64,000 nt of DNA from Vitrella brassicaformis CCMP3155 (lineage: Eukaryota; Protista; Chromerida): positions 1,179 through 65,178 of the forward strand of contig CDMY01000496.1 in assembly GCA_001179505.1 (NCBI GenBank). Reading direction: 5' to 3'. Under the pieces are notes generated by a model. The model ran no database searches. It saw only the letters and a list, made by a program, of their open reading frames with translations, and had not been told where the DNA came from. Positions within the stretch are counted from its first letter, which is position 1, and each line of letters opens with the position of its first letter. Both the position numbers and the translations under genes were made by a program. Shown here piece after piece: positions 12,842-25,464 of the stretch.

Positions 12842-14798
12842 CAAAGCATGTCCTACACGAGGGTGTATCGTGCATTGCTTGCAAATCTGTTTATCCGGCA
12901 GGCCGCACCTCGACGAACGCCACTGCCTCGCCCTTGTGCAGATGGTGCTTCATCTGTATCATTGACACACCAAATTAGCCAACATTGAGTCATGAAAAGC
13001 GCGTGTCCTGCGTGCGTACCTCTGAAATGCTGACAGACAGAGTGCCCAGGTCGCTCGGCCGGAACAACGGCAGCTGCAGACACGCACGGAGGATACATGG
13101 TGCCTGACGAATCCACTTGCGCATTGTCGGGGCACATACCTGTCTGTCTGTGGCGACCATGAGGCCCCTGACGATGTGGGGCATGTTCATGCCAAACACG
13201 GCAAAACCCCTCTGCACACCCATACACACACAGAGCCAAGCCATCCATCCGTGTGTGAAGTCTTCGTGCAAGAAAGCCACCACAACGGGCAGCGCACCTC
13301 GTCTGATGTCGACCCATCCCATTTGGTCCTGTGTGTTGCGCATGCCCATCATAAGCAAGTCAGTCCATGTTAGCGCGCGTGTGTGCACAAGCTGTGTGTG
13401 TCGGTGTCGGTGTGTACCTGATGTACTGGTCGGCGAGTTTGAAAGAGTAGGTGAGCTGGCCGATGTCCGCAGGCGAGAAGGAATGCGGCAAACGAGACAA
13501 AACCACCTGTGTATGCAGAAACATCACACGCTTCAATGAGTGTCTCCATGTATGTGTGTGCGTCTGTGGTCTATGTGAGTGTCTAGGTACCTCGCTGGCT
13601 CGGTCGTAGAGCTCGCCGTGGACGTATCCCATCTTGGCGAAGCCCCACATGAGCACGGACAGGTCGTGGGACGAGAAAGCAGCCAGCCGCGGCAAGGACA
13701 GCGCCGATATCGACCTGCATGCAAACACACACACGATGGCATGAGTGATTGAATGGGTACACATGTGTGTGTGCGTGTGTGTGTGAACGAACTGACTTGA
13801 ACACTTGTGTGTCGGCCATGCACAGTCGGGTGAGCACCCACGTCAGGTGGCTCAGTGCCTGTGTGATTTCCCGCTCAGTGCGGAAGCCGCTCCCACCACC
13901 AGTCAGCCAATCCGTCGCCCGTGATAACACACGCTGCACGCACACACGGACACAAAGGGAACATGGGAAGAATGTTGATGCCATCTATGTGCATATGTAT
14001 GTACCTGGAAGACGATGTCAAGGTTGAGAGGGACCTCCTCTTGCCGTGTGTCCCACGTGTCGATGAACCACTCGTACCGGCCAGACCCGCGAAACACGCG
14101 ACCACCTGACACATACAAGCGCACCCACACATCAAGCAGAAGGAATGCTCAGTCAGACACAGAGATGCAAGCAGATACTCACGCGGACCTGTTGCTGCGA
14201 TTGCCCTGAGTGCATGGATGGCCATCTGCGGACTCAAAGACGACTCAACGCCATCCAACTCCTGCAGATCGACACACACATAGATACACTCACTCACCCA
14301 CCGACACACACGTCCATTCACTCATGTACGTACCTTCAAGACCTGCGTCACCGACTGCGCCCGCCACAGGTTGCCTCTCAGCGCCCTCTCGTCCACGCTC
14401 ATATGCACATACCCCCTCTGCGCACCCCTGCATGCTAGTCTACGCTGTACGCCACCACGATCACCGCCACACCGGCTGTGGGCTAAGCGGAAGGCCCGGC
14501 CAGATCGGTAGAACCACGAGCAGACCGTCACAAGGGCCAGCAGCAGCAGGGGCAGGGGGCGCGCACGTGGACGTGCACGTGCGCAGTGACTGGGGCGTGG
14601 GCGGTCATCACTTCTCTGCCGCGTGCCGCACCTCTGTATCACACACATACAGAGAGAGTGAGAAAGATCCACATTCAATGTGACGCAGCTCTGTGCAGAT
14701 GCGCTTACCCAGTGGTGAGTATGCGGCGAGGGGCACTCAGCCGAGTCGGTGCGCCGCTCCTGGGCGCACGCCGGCTGTGGCCTATCCTTCATGTGCAA
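10121..14798 (-). CDS. Helical-repeat (HPR/OPR/FASTK-like) putative organellar RNA-binding protein, many exons, ends approximate
   Basis: Exons encode repeat-like helices: FSSHDLSVLMWGFAKMGY, FSPADIGQLTYSF, LDNKAFSNAAFAM, LPARDLANVCWSLARVN, LTPGQLCGVAWGFMKV, MAPSEVVPIAHFLAKV. A hydrophobic stretch LPLLLLALVTVCSWF lies near the N-terminus. No canonical RAP motif was seen. Confidence 0.65.
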
Positions 14799-15000
14799 AC
14801 ATCAACCTACGTACACAGATCTCTCGCGCCGATTGCACCCTTCTGTATAGAGCAACCCACATAACTGCCTTGGCATTGAACATTGGACGCAGCAAACTGA
14901 GTGCGAGCTTAGACTGAGTGCGAGCTGGAACGCGTCGACCCCCAGTCTTTTTCCCATCCTCAGCACAGTGACCAATCAAACCCGCCTGTCTGTCGTCGCC

Positions 15001-15774
15001 ATGGCTGCATTCTATTTGATCGCCGTCTCACTCTCTGTCTTGAGTGTTGCAATGGCCGGCTCACACAGCAGCGCCAGCAGCCGTCGCCTGACGTCCCAGG
15101 ACGGCGCCGCAGACCGTCCCATGCCTCTTGCTGCTCCGCTGCCCCTGGAAACTTCCGACTCGCACGGTCGATGGATGGCAACAGAGTGCTGGCCCAGGGG
15201 TGTGGAAGGCTTGACAGTGACTGTCTTGTTGTGCGTTGCGTACAGGCACCCGGGTGGGATCCCGTGTCTCGTCACGATTTGTGCAGCTGCACGACGAACG
15301 TACTGTACTGTACTGTACTGTACTGGCAATCCGCGCATCCACCGTCTCGTCTCAAGTGCTCGTGTCCATGTGCGCTCGCATGCTTGCAGAGCTGAAAAAG
15401 ACGAAGCCGCCCCCGCCACTGCCGCCCGGTGAGTGCAGGGGAGACGCCGACTGCACGAAGCCCGACCTCTGCTTCAAGAAGATGACCCACACGGGGCGCA
15501 CCGAAGCGCAGGGCAAATGCAAGAAAGAGGGCGACTCTCAGGACCACTGGTATGTTCGGCACATTATGTTACAAAGGCAGACAGACACAAAGGCAGACAG
15601 ACAGACAGACAGACCACTCAGACAGACAGGCGCTCAGCGAATTGATCTCGCTCTCTGAGTGGTCTGTCTGTCTGTCTGTCTGTCTGCAGCACTAAGAAAA
15701 GCAGCGACAGGCCTTGCAAAAAGGGGCTGTCGTGCCAGCAAGTTGGATGGGGTATCGCCTGTAAGCCTGTGTAA
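15001..15774 (+). CDS. Small secreted Cys-rich protein (about 154 aa, 8 Cys)
   Basis: Exons 15001-15166, 15246-15299, 15390-15549 and 15690-15774 join in frame. Signal peptide MAAFYLIAVSLSVLSVAMA; poly-Pro linker; ECRGDADCTKPDLC...GKCKKEGDSQDHCTKKSSDRPCKKGLSCQQVGWGIACKPV*. Confidence 0.7.
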
Positions 15775-16681
15775 GCCATAGTTGTGGTCTTGCCCACATG
15801 TTGTTTGAGGGTAAAAGCATGGCTGGACGCTTCCTTGACTGGCATCGATCAGCGCGTCACCAAAGACGCGTCTCTGTCTATAGGGCGTGCATAAACATAC
15901 ACTCACTTGGTCAACGCGCGGAACGTAAAAAAACTACAGTAATCGCCCGAACTCGGGGCGGCCTTCCTACGATTAGTCATTTCCTTCCCTCCCTTCGTTC
16001 ACATGATCCATCGATGCAGCAATTGCAATGCAGTCAGTCGGCAGCCAATGGCATGGCAGTGTAGTACAGTCCAGAAGACACACACATTCCCATGTTCGAC
16101 GGACATTCCGTTGAACATCCTTGGCATGCCCATGTATGTCAGCAGGGGGATCGAAAAAACACGCAACCCGGTGACATGACAATCGTCTTTCTGTCTGAAT
16201 GAGCAGCCAGTACAAGACACATGAATGAATTAGCAGCAGAGCTTACGGCAAGGGCGGAGTTTCCGGATGCACTGACTGACAGAGAGCCAGGAGAACTAAA
16301 TAAAACCAAGCAGAACCACAGAGACCCACACACAGACACTCAGAGAGAGAGAGGGAGGGAGGGAGGGAGGGAGAGAACGGGGCAAGGGAAAGGATTGTCA
16401 TGATTTGTATGGCTGTCGGCGTGTATGTCTGCTTCCGTCGCCCCACAGATAAACGCACCACGGCCACGTCGTCAAGAAAAGCCCACACACGACACCATGC
16501 ACGTCACGCATGTATCTCCGCTCGCAGCAGATCCATCATCAATATGACACACTGCCTGCTTCTCATCCTCTCCTCTCCCAGCAACAGGCAGCACAGCCAC
16601 ACGGACACAAGAACATGCCAGAAAAATCTCTCTACCCAATGCTGTCCCGCCCTCCCCTACGCAATGTGGGTGCGCCACATT

Positions 16682-19600
16682 TCATCGCACCGCAACCCCA
16701 CTGCCCAGCATCGAGCAGGATGCCCTTCTCTCACACGCACGCCCCACCGTCAACCGCCCCTGTCTTCTGAAGACAAGTGATGGGTCCCCACCCACCTGTT
16801 CCACACCCACACGGCCTGGGAACACTCTCACCAGGTCTTGCACACACACCGAAAGCATGTATCGATCACACGTCACCCCACGGGCCATCGTCAGCACCAC
16901 CGACTCAATCGTGTCAAAGCGCGTCAGGACATCCCATGCAGTGGAGGAAAAGGAAGACGCGCTCGATGACAGCGATGGCAGGGCAGGGGGGTACTCGTAC
17001 CTCGGTGGGTCGTGCAGCACGTGCACTCCCACTATGACTGACCTGACCCTGCCTCTCACCACTGCCAATAGCTCGTCTGACTCCTCTCCCACCGTCTGCC
17101 AGTGAGAAACAGGTATATAAAACACCTGCGGCATGTGAGTGGGACTCCCGCTCAGGTACACATTCACGAAGAGGTCGAGCCCCCCGCCCTCCACATCAAG
17201 GTGCTTGAGGCAAGACATGAGCAGCGGCACTATGGCCGTGTCGTATGGCGCGTACGTGACCTGAGTCGTGTCGATAACGACGCGCGAGAGAGCAGGCAGC
17301 TGCCTAATGACCTTGTCTGCCCCTCCCCCATAGAGCGACACTCCCATCTGGTCATTCCTGTGGTCCAAGTAGACCGTCTTGACCGCACCGAACATCGATG
17401 GCGCACTCTCAGTGATCCACTCCGGCAATGGGTGGCGGGCGTCACGATGTGTCATTCCCTCCTCACGTAGAGGTCAGCCGCTTGCTTGAAGGAGAGGCCA
17501 TAGAGCTCGCTCGCGCCGGTTGCATGTTCGTCGAGGAGGTAGGGGGAGAGGGTGACGTGTGTGGCGCTCGTCGTGAGCAGCTGCAGTGTCGGTCGAGCGC
17601 CGGCGAGCTGCTCTGGCTTGCCGATCAGCGGCAGGTGGACATGTCGGGGGGCGGGGCATTCGCGCGTTGCTCGCCTGACGAGGCGAAGGTCTCCGTTGTC
17701 CACCTGTCCGGCGTGGTACAGCTCCTTTGCGCCTTTCGCCAGCCACGTGCTTCGGAACTTGTGCAGATCCTACAAGCACACATACACACATCCAAACATA
17801 CAGCAAGGTACCCGTGCTGCAATGCACTGCCATGTGAATGTGTACCTCCACATCGAAGGCTTTGTCGAGTGTCGTCGTACAGCTCACACCCTCCAAACAC
17901 TCAAGGCCGGTAAGTGGGGAGGATTTGCTGTCAAAACTGAGGTGGACGGCCCCCGTCAGCGATTTGATGGTGCTGTGAGAAGGCGTCCCCAGCAGCGATT
18001 GGACGATTGCGGTGAGACTCGTGTACTCGTGTCTATCAGCTGACACCTGCACCAAGAGCATCCAGCCATCCATCCATCGATTGCATCATGGCCGCATTAC
18101 CCCACCCCCCCACCTGGTCGAGGAGATGGAGCGACTGCAGACCCCCGGCTCGCTTGAGCATCTTCAGCCCCCCTGGAGCAGGCCACTCGACGCTCAGATT
18201 GGTAAGGGCGGGCATCTCGTACACCTGCCTTGCACCGCTCTGCCTCTGCATCACCACCTCCACCCACTCACGTGTGAGGACGGCCTTGGCAAGCCGCGGG
18301 AACCTCACACTAGCGGCGAGGCTGCTCTTGCCGAACCTGAATTGGCTTGTGCGGTCGGCCTTGGGGTCCACGGTGATCTCTGTGACGTTTCCAGCAGCGG
18401 CCTCGAGCAGCCCGACGCTGACGATGTGTGGGCCTGCGTTGATCGACACGCAGACGCTACTGGTGCGGGACAGCACGTCTGCAGGAGCCACCAAGCCAGG
18501 CCACCAAGACACACAGAGACAAGTGGCGGCTTATGTGCCCGTCGAGTGCTGCGCTGCGGTGTGGTGTGGCGTGGTGTGCTGACCCTTCCACTTGCGATGA
18601 ATGGGTTGAGGACAGCGGATAAACCGTTTGGTGCTGTCTAGGAGAAGGATGGGATGCATCTTGGGGTTGCTGACCGTCGACGCGATCGCCGTGCTGACAC
18701 CCGAGAGGGACTTGACACACGCAACGAAACCTAGATAACCACCTGCAGACCACCCCAAGCAGAAGCGTGAAGGGCTACGGACATGTCCGGTCGGTTTCCG
18801 TACCAATGCCTGTGCGGTAGCCGTCGCTCAACCAGAGCACTTCGGGAATGCCCTCCAAACAGGGCTCATGCTGCACACACAAGACAGCATCGTCAGCACA
18901 GTCTATCGCTTGCGTGCCGTCCTGTGTTCTCAGCTGTGTCCCCAGCAGCGCCTGTATGAGACGGAGCTTCTCTGCTGAGGGGGCGATGAGCGCCGGGACG
19001 GCTTGGCTGATGGCCCGGATGGTGTGCTTGGCTTGGTTGTCGACGATTCTCTCCCACACGCGCAAATTCTGCTCAACCGCCTGACCGCCAGGCAACCATA
19101 TAGAGAGGGAGAGAGATGAGCGTGCGCGCGTGAGACTCATCAAGTGCTGCTCAGCTGTGAGTAAGGTGCAGTGCACACACCTGTGGTTTGTTTGGTGTGG
19201 CGAGGAGGTTGAGCGCCTGCCGCCTCTGCTCGTCCACCATCTCCAGATGGCACCTGAGCACTCGACTGAGATGGTCAAGACCTCTGAGCTGCTTGGCAAA
19301 CTGGATCAACACACAGACAGACAGACAGACAGACGGCATCGATTGCAATGCATGGCGTGATCACCGTGCCGACGTGTGCGTGTGCATCTTTCTTACTGGT
19401 GGCTGCAAGTGCGGCAGCTGTGGTCCAGGGAGGGTCCCTGTTGGCTTGATGGATCCAGTCGGTGGATGGCTGTCGGCGATGAGTGGCACCGGTGCGGGGA
19501 GAGACTGTGGGTGCTGGCCAGGAGGGCCTCTTCATTGAAAACCCGGCACGACACACACGCACAGACAGACAGACAGAGAGAACAAGAATGGACATTCGTC

Positions 19601-20108
19601 ACGCTCATGTGATGGACAGGCACTTGTGGCTTACGGAGCTGTGTGTTGTGCCATGCAGTAAGGCGTCATCAGCTTCTCCATTACACGCTGCCAGCAACCT
19701 GCATACGGGACAACACACACACACACACACACACACACGATGAAGACATACAAATCGGTATCGCAGGGACACACTGCCGTTGACAGACGGTGCTTCTGCC
19801 TCACGTGTCGATGTGTGGTAGTGTTGTGTGATGAAGTTATCCTCCGCCCTCCCATGTGTGCCGCACACACGACACAGTGTGTGCCTCTCGCCACTGCAGA
19901 CACACACATAACACAGTAACGTGGACCATCTATGACAGAAATTAGAGATCTCTGCCGACCCGTTGTCGAAACGGAACCTCCGGTCACCGACAAACAGACT
20001 GCCCGGCTCTGTCACCACCTCCTCGGTCACGTCGGTGTGCGGAAAGGCCCAGACGGCCTCGAACACAGCATCGACCACCATCCTCCGTCTCGCCCGCCAG
20101 ATCTGCAA
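16682..20108 (-). CDS. Lineage-specific hypothetical protein (multi-exon; LRR-like beta/alpha repeats in the C-terminal half)
   Basis: Long coding blocks at 16682-17455, 17470-17710, 17830-18040, 18090-18500 and 18800-19080. The N-terminal exon encodes VDAVFEAVWAFPHTDVTEEVVTEPGSLFVGDRR, which is shared with the gene at 47268. Several internal junctions were not resolved. Confidence 0.55.
19930..20075 (-). repeat. 146-nt coding module, inverted copy of 47713-47858
   Basis: Codon-by-codon comparison by eye gives about 17 mismatches and no indels. Confidence 0.9.
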
Positions 20109-20400
20109 TCACTGTGTTTCAGGTGAAAACCTAGCCTTAAGCCGTCGTTCCTGCTTCGTTGCTGTTTTTGTGGGAAGAGAATGCACTCAATCGATTGGCT
20201 GATTGCAATCAGTCATTCATCCATCCATCCATCAATCCAATCAGTCAGTCAGTCACACATTCGTTCAATCATCATCCGAACCCGGCCCATGTGGAGCTCG
20301 CAGCTGCTTGTCTTGTCTTTGTCTTGTCGGTCGGTCGGTCGGGCGGTCGGGCCACACACACGCTGTCATCCACTCAACACACACAGCTGCCGCATCATCC

Positions 20401-23400
20401 ATGGCATCAACCAACCACCATCGCCCTCCCCTGCCCTCTCCCGCAGCTCAGCCGCCGGTGCAGAGGGCCACAGAGAGGCGCGACAAGCGGCGAGCAGAGA
20501 GGCCCAGCCGACAGGCCGCGCAGGAGAAGGTGGTCGCTAGTGCTGAACGTGCGACTTATAGCAGGGGCGATGGTGCGTCTGAGGACATCCCCACTTCCAT
20601 CAGCTGCCATGGCATGAGCGACTCAGAGCTCCTCCTCGAGGAGGCCTGCAAGTGAGCCACACCATACACACACAGCTGCCATGCACACCATCTGATGTGT
20701 GTGAGTGTGCATGTGTCTGGGTTTGTAAGAAATGTACACAGACATGCACAGCCGAAGATGAAAGGCCATGTTTGGGCGATGCGGGAGGCGTGCGCGCACG
20801 ATCAGCTGGTGGCAGAAGATCAGCGCAAGCCTGTGCATCTCAAAGAGCACCACCAGCTCCTCTCGCAGCTGCCGACTCCGTGCTTCCCCGACCTCTCCTT
20901 CATGGACGGGCTGCTCTTTCGCCACGCCCTGCAGGCGTGTGTGGTGCACGGTGCGGCCGGGTCGCTCGAGGCGCTGCTGAGGGAGACGCTCATCAAGCCG
21001 ACCGAGAAGGACAAGGTGCGGCTGTGGGTGAGGTGCGGACCAAGAGGGGCGGGAAGGTGCTCGAGTGGGACGACCTGACCCTGGATGCTCTCCATCCATC
21101 GTGCCTGTACCGTGACGAACCCCTCAATCTGGTCACTTCAGGTCCGCAGACAGACAGACAGACAGACACTGACAGAGAGAGAGTGTGGATCTTGTCTGTG
21201 TGTTCAGACTATGTGCCGTCCCCCCTGGTCGCACAGGCGGCCGTGGCCGACGCGCCCATCCAGATCATGAAGGTACTGCCTGAGTGAGCCTGTCGTGCTG
21301 GCTGCGTGCAGTGATACGTCCATCTGTCTGTGTTATGCAGACGCTGCTGGCGTACAACGCCGATGTGGATGCTCGAGGGCATGCCGGCCAGGCAAATCTT
21401 CCTGACCGCCAGCTCAGCTACAACACATCCACCGTCGGTAAGCGGCAAGGGAAGATATTGCTGAAACACAGCCTCATTGCATTGCCTTCCGTGTGTGTGC
21501 AGGTGCGGCTGCCATGTGCCACCATCCGGATATGCTTCGTTTCCTCCTTCGTGAGGCAGAAGCCGACCCCAGGGTCCCGGCAATCGCGACGCTTGAGGAC
21601 AGACAAGGTAGGTGCCACAGCCCCCACCTGTCGATGCATGACGTTCCGCCTTTCCTCTCCCCTCCATCCTTCTCACACACAGACCACACCGTTTGTGTGG
21701 ATGGATGGATGGATGGATGCAGGCAGGCAGCTGCAGCTGGTGCGATGGAGGAGGGCGGCGGTGTTGACTCACCAGCGGCCGCGGCACACGAGAGGAAGAG
21801 GCAGGAGCTGCGCGAGAGAATGGTGCAGATGGAGGCCATGGCCAGGGCGATGCGGGAGGCGTGCGCACACGACCTGCCGACGCCAGAGGGGCGGCGCAAG
21901 CGTGTAGAGGACCACTCGCTGCTGTCGTCGCTGCCCAAGCCCATGGTCTCCTACATGAACGGCTTCGTGCTGAAGCAGGCCCTCCACTCATGTGCCATGT
22001 ACGGCTCGGCTGGGTCGCTCGACACACTGCTGCAGGACAACTTCATCAAGCCGACGGAGGAGGGCGGCGACGAGGGGCTGCCGGTGGGGCAGGTGCGGGC
22101 GACGGACGGGGAGGTTCTCAGCTGGCGAGACCTCTCGCCTTTCAGCATCGAGCCATTCGAGGGCGAGATGATCGAGCCTGACGGTAAGTGAGTAGGCAAA
22201 TCAAGTTCGAAGGGCGATATGTCTGATTACGTCTGGATGGCATCAGGTTATGTGCGGAAGCCGTTGTTGATCGAGGCCATGACGCATGGGTTCTCCAATT
22301 GCGCTGATGACGCCACTGTGCTACGGATCGTCAAGGTACGCAAGTAGAGAGGCCACATGAGATCATTAAGCCGCCTCACATGGGTCTGCCTGTCTGTCTG
22401 CCTCTGTGCAGTCGCTGGTTGAGTACAATGCCGACGTCAAGGAAATCGGCGTGGTGGCTATGGACTGTAAAACCAGAGAAGTTATGAAGTCACCTGCTGT
22501 CGGTGAGTGTCCAGAGGACAGGGCGAGACAGAAGGAGCAATGCCGGAAGGATGCAAGTCTGACTTGGTGTCCTCAGGTGCTGCTTCTCTGTTCCACTTGC
22601 CTGAGGTCCTCGACTACCTTCTGCAGCAGCCGCGTTGCGACCCGTCAGTCCTCTCTGAGGGGGACTTCATTGCGGGCCTGAATCTTCTTCAGCTCGCCTG
22701 CGATGGCAACCAACATGACGACGGTGAGTGACTGGTCGATTGAGCCAGACTGACGCGCGCTGATGCTCTTGTGTGTTGCGACAGCTCCCCAGCCCCCTTC
22801 TGAGCCCATGGTGGGCACCAAGAGCCGGAAGAAGGCCACCAGCAAGGGCAAACGGGCCGGCATCGTTGGCCTTGCAGAAGAGGCGGGACAGCAGGCGGCC
22901 GGCGGCGTAGCGGCGGAGGCAGAGCAGAAGGAGGAGGCCCGGCAGTCGCGTGCAGTGGCCACCCTGGAGGTGATCGAACGCCATGGCCTGACGCGCAGCA
23001 CACCGGCCGAGGCCAAAGGAGGGCGTCGCAAGAAGCCCGGCCTCAGTCTGCAGTGTCGTGACAAGACTGGCAGCTCTCTGCTGCACGTCGCGGCTGCTAA
23101 TGGGTGGTCCGGGATTGTCGAGTGGCTGCTCAAGAGGGGACTGTCGAGTGGCCGTCAACAAAAAGAACGAGACACCCCTCGATGTCGCCCGCACGTCAGC
23201 CGCTTTACTTGTTTGGTGTGTTCAGTCATGTGTGGGTGTGTTGATGGCTCATCTGGAGGCCCGTCACAAGGCGGCGGCTGCCGATCTGCTGCGAGAGGAG
23301 GAACAGGCCCGCAAGGAGGAGGAGAGGGCCGCCAGAAAGCGCGAGCAGAAGCGTCTCAAGGTGCCCTTCCAGTGGACCGCTGCACACATGGATACTGCAT

Positions 23401-25464
23401 GTGTGTGTCATTGCCTTCAGCGATTGGCGGCTGAACAGGCCGAGTCAGCGGCAGATGGCGAGATGGAGGAGGCCGACGACACACAGCACGAGACTGAAGA
23501 AGTAGATCAGGTGACGGAGGAAGCTGCTGCGCCGAGCTGCCCGCCAGACACACAGCGACAGGTGCAGACAGCCACCGACACTTCTACCCAATACCCCCAT
23601 CTGCTGTCCTTCTGTGTGTGGCGCACAGTGTCGAGCCCGCCTTCTCTGACGCCCCGGGTGACCACCAGCAGCAGCGAAATGTCCTCAGCCAGAAGCCTCC
23701 AGCTGATGTCGGCCCTTCGGCATTCGCTCCTCTTCCTCTCTCCCCTGCTCATGGCACATCAGCGAGCCATTCGTTCGCTGCCCAGCGGCCGTCCAGCTCA
23801 TCGTAAGGCACTCAGAGGGGACCCACCCACACACCGAGTGACTCGCTCTGTCGTGTGTGTGTGTGGGTCATCTATCCATCCGTCAGGTCCTCATTTGTCG
23901 ACCCGCCGGCGTCATCGACGGTCAGCACGACGCCCGCCGACCGGCCCTCCTCCGCGCAGACGTCAACCCGACAAGACCAGTGACTCCCAAACATAGCCCC
24001 AATGTCAATGTGGTCTGTAGCTGTCAATGTGGCTGTGTGGCTGTGTGTATGCAGGTTCTGTCCGGCTGATGTGACGGCTCAGTTGCGGGCTGACCTGAAC
24101 GGATGCATCGACAAGAAGGAGAGGTCAGACAACACACACAACACGGCCATGTGTGTCATACCAATGTGTTTTGTTCCGTGTGTGTGCAGTCTGGAGGATC
24201 AGTACAGGGATCTGTTGGCTGCCCGTCGGTGGGCGGCCGATCGCGTCAAGGAGCTCAAGACAAACATACGACGACTCGAATACGTCACTCCCAAGTGAGC
24301 GATACACACGAGGAGAGGGCCCCACACATTAGCTCCACTCTGTGTGCTGTTGATGCAGCCTTAGCCACGATGTGTTGGTGTCCCTCGCCACGGCTGCCGA
24401 AGTGCGTGAGTTTGAGGCAAAGATCAGCCGCGAAGAGGTGCGGCTCGACGAGCTGCTGGTGGCCGCCGCCCAACATGCAATGCGGCTCCAGAGCGGCGCA
24501 ATCAAACCCACAAAGGCACCCGCAGCCGAGCCGCAGAGCGCCTTAGGCGCAGCAGCTGCTGGGTCTGCCTCCACGCCGATGTCCACGGCTGAAGGGTGGG
24601 TGGGACGGAAGGAAGACGAACCGTCTATTCCCACGTCGGCGTCTTGTGTGCATCAATCAGGTGTGGCATGCCGGTATGTGGGGCGATGCGGGTGATGTTG
24701 AATGAATCGTCGACTGAGCATCAGCTGCTCGAGGCCATACAGCACATCCAATACGACATAGACCAGTAAGAGAGAACAGTCCCTATGGTAGTGGCCAGAA
24801 GGAAGCCATCCATCGCCCTTGATCTGTCTGCCTGTCAGGTTGGAGGGTGACATCTCTCGGATGACGCACGAGCACAGCGAGATAGAGGCCTCACTACAGC
24901 CGCTCGAGCAAGAGCACCACACACTGCAGCACGAGGCAAAGAAACGGTCAGCAATTGCCCACCGATACACAAAGCCGGGCCGGGAATGCATCTCTCCGTC
25001 TGCCTGTCTGCCCATGGTCAGGCTGACCCCTGCTCGTCTGGAGTCGCTCAGCAGCGTGACAGCGGTGGAGGCCTTCCAGCGTGACATCAAGAGCGCCAAA
25101 CAACAGCTGCGGGAGCTGTCCAAAGAGGCCACGATCCAGCGGACAATACTCGAGAAGGAGGGGGGCCGAGCGGCCAACAGTCGTATTCTTCCCATGTCAG
25201 CAGGTCAGTGGACACACACACGAATCGCATACCACCCTTGTCCGTGTGTGTGTGTGTGTGTGTGTGCAGAAGTGTCTGTGTGAGGGTTGCTGGCGTGACG
25301 TGGCGGCGCGACACGAGGCGGCCAAGAAGAAGAAGGCCCACCTGGGGGCGCTGCAGCGGCGAGTGCCTGACGACATTGCCCGTGACGCCTAGCTCAAGTG
25401 TCCGCTGTGCAACCAGGAGGCCCACTACGCCAGCACCGTCGACGGCATTCGAACAGCCACGTGA
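20401..25464 (+). pseudogene. Ankyrin-repeat / coiled-coil / C-terminal RING protein gene with three apparent frameshifts and an in-frame stop (pseudogene or consensus errors)
   Basis: Ankyrin motifs LLAYNADVDARG, SLVEYNADVKE and SLLHVAAANGWSGIVEWLL..VAVNKKNETPLDVAR; Glu/Arg/Gln coiled coil; RING remnant ERPTVVFFPCQQ|KCLCEGCW...*LKCPLC. Frame breaks near 21025, 23136 and 25163, and TAG at 25390-25392. Confidence 0.65.

Noticed and set aside
21016-21032. A 17-nt GT-AG intron that would repair the first ankyrin-gene frameshift
   Set aside because: Much shorter than any other intron in the window, and it would delete residues conserved in the internal paralog.
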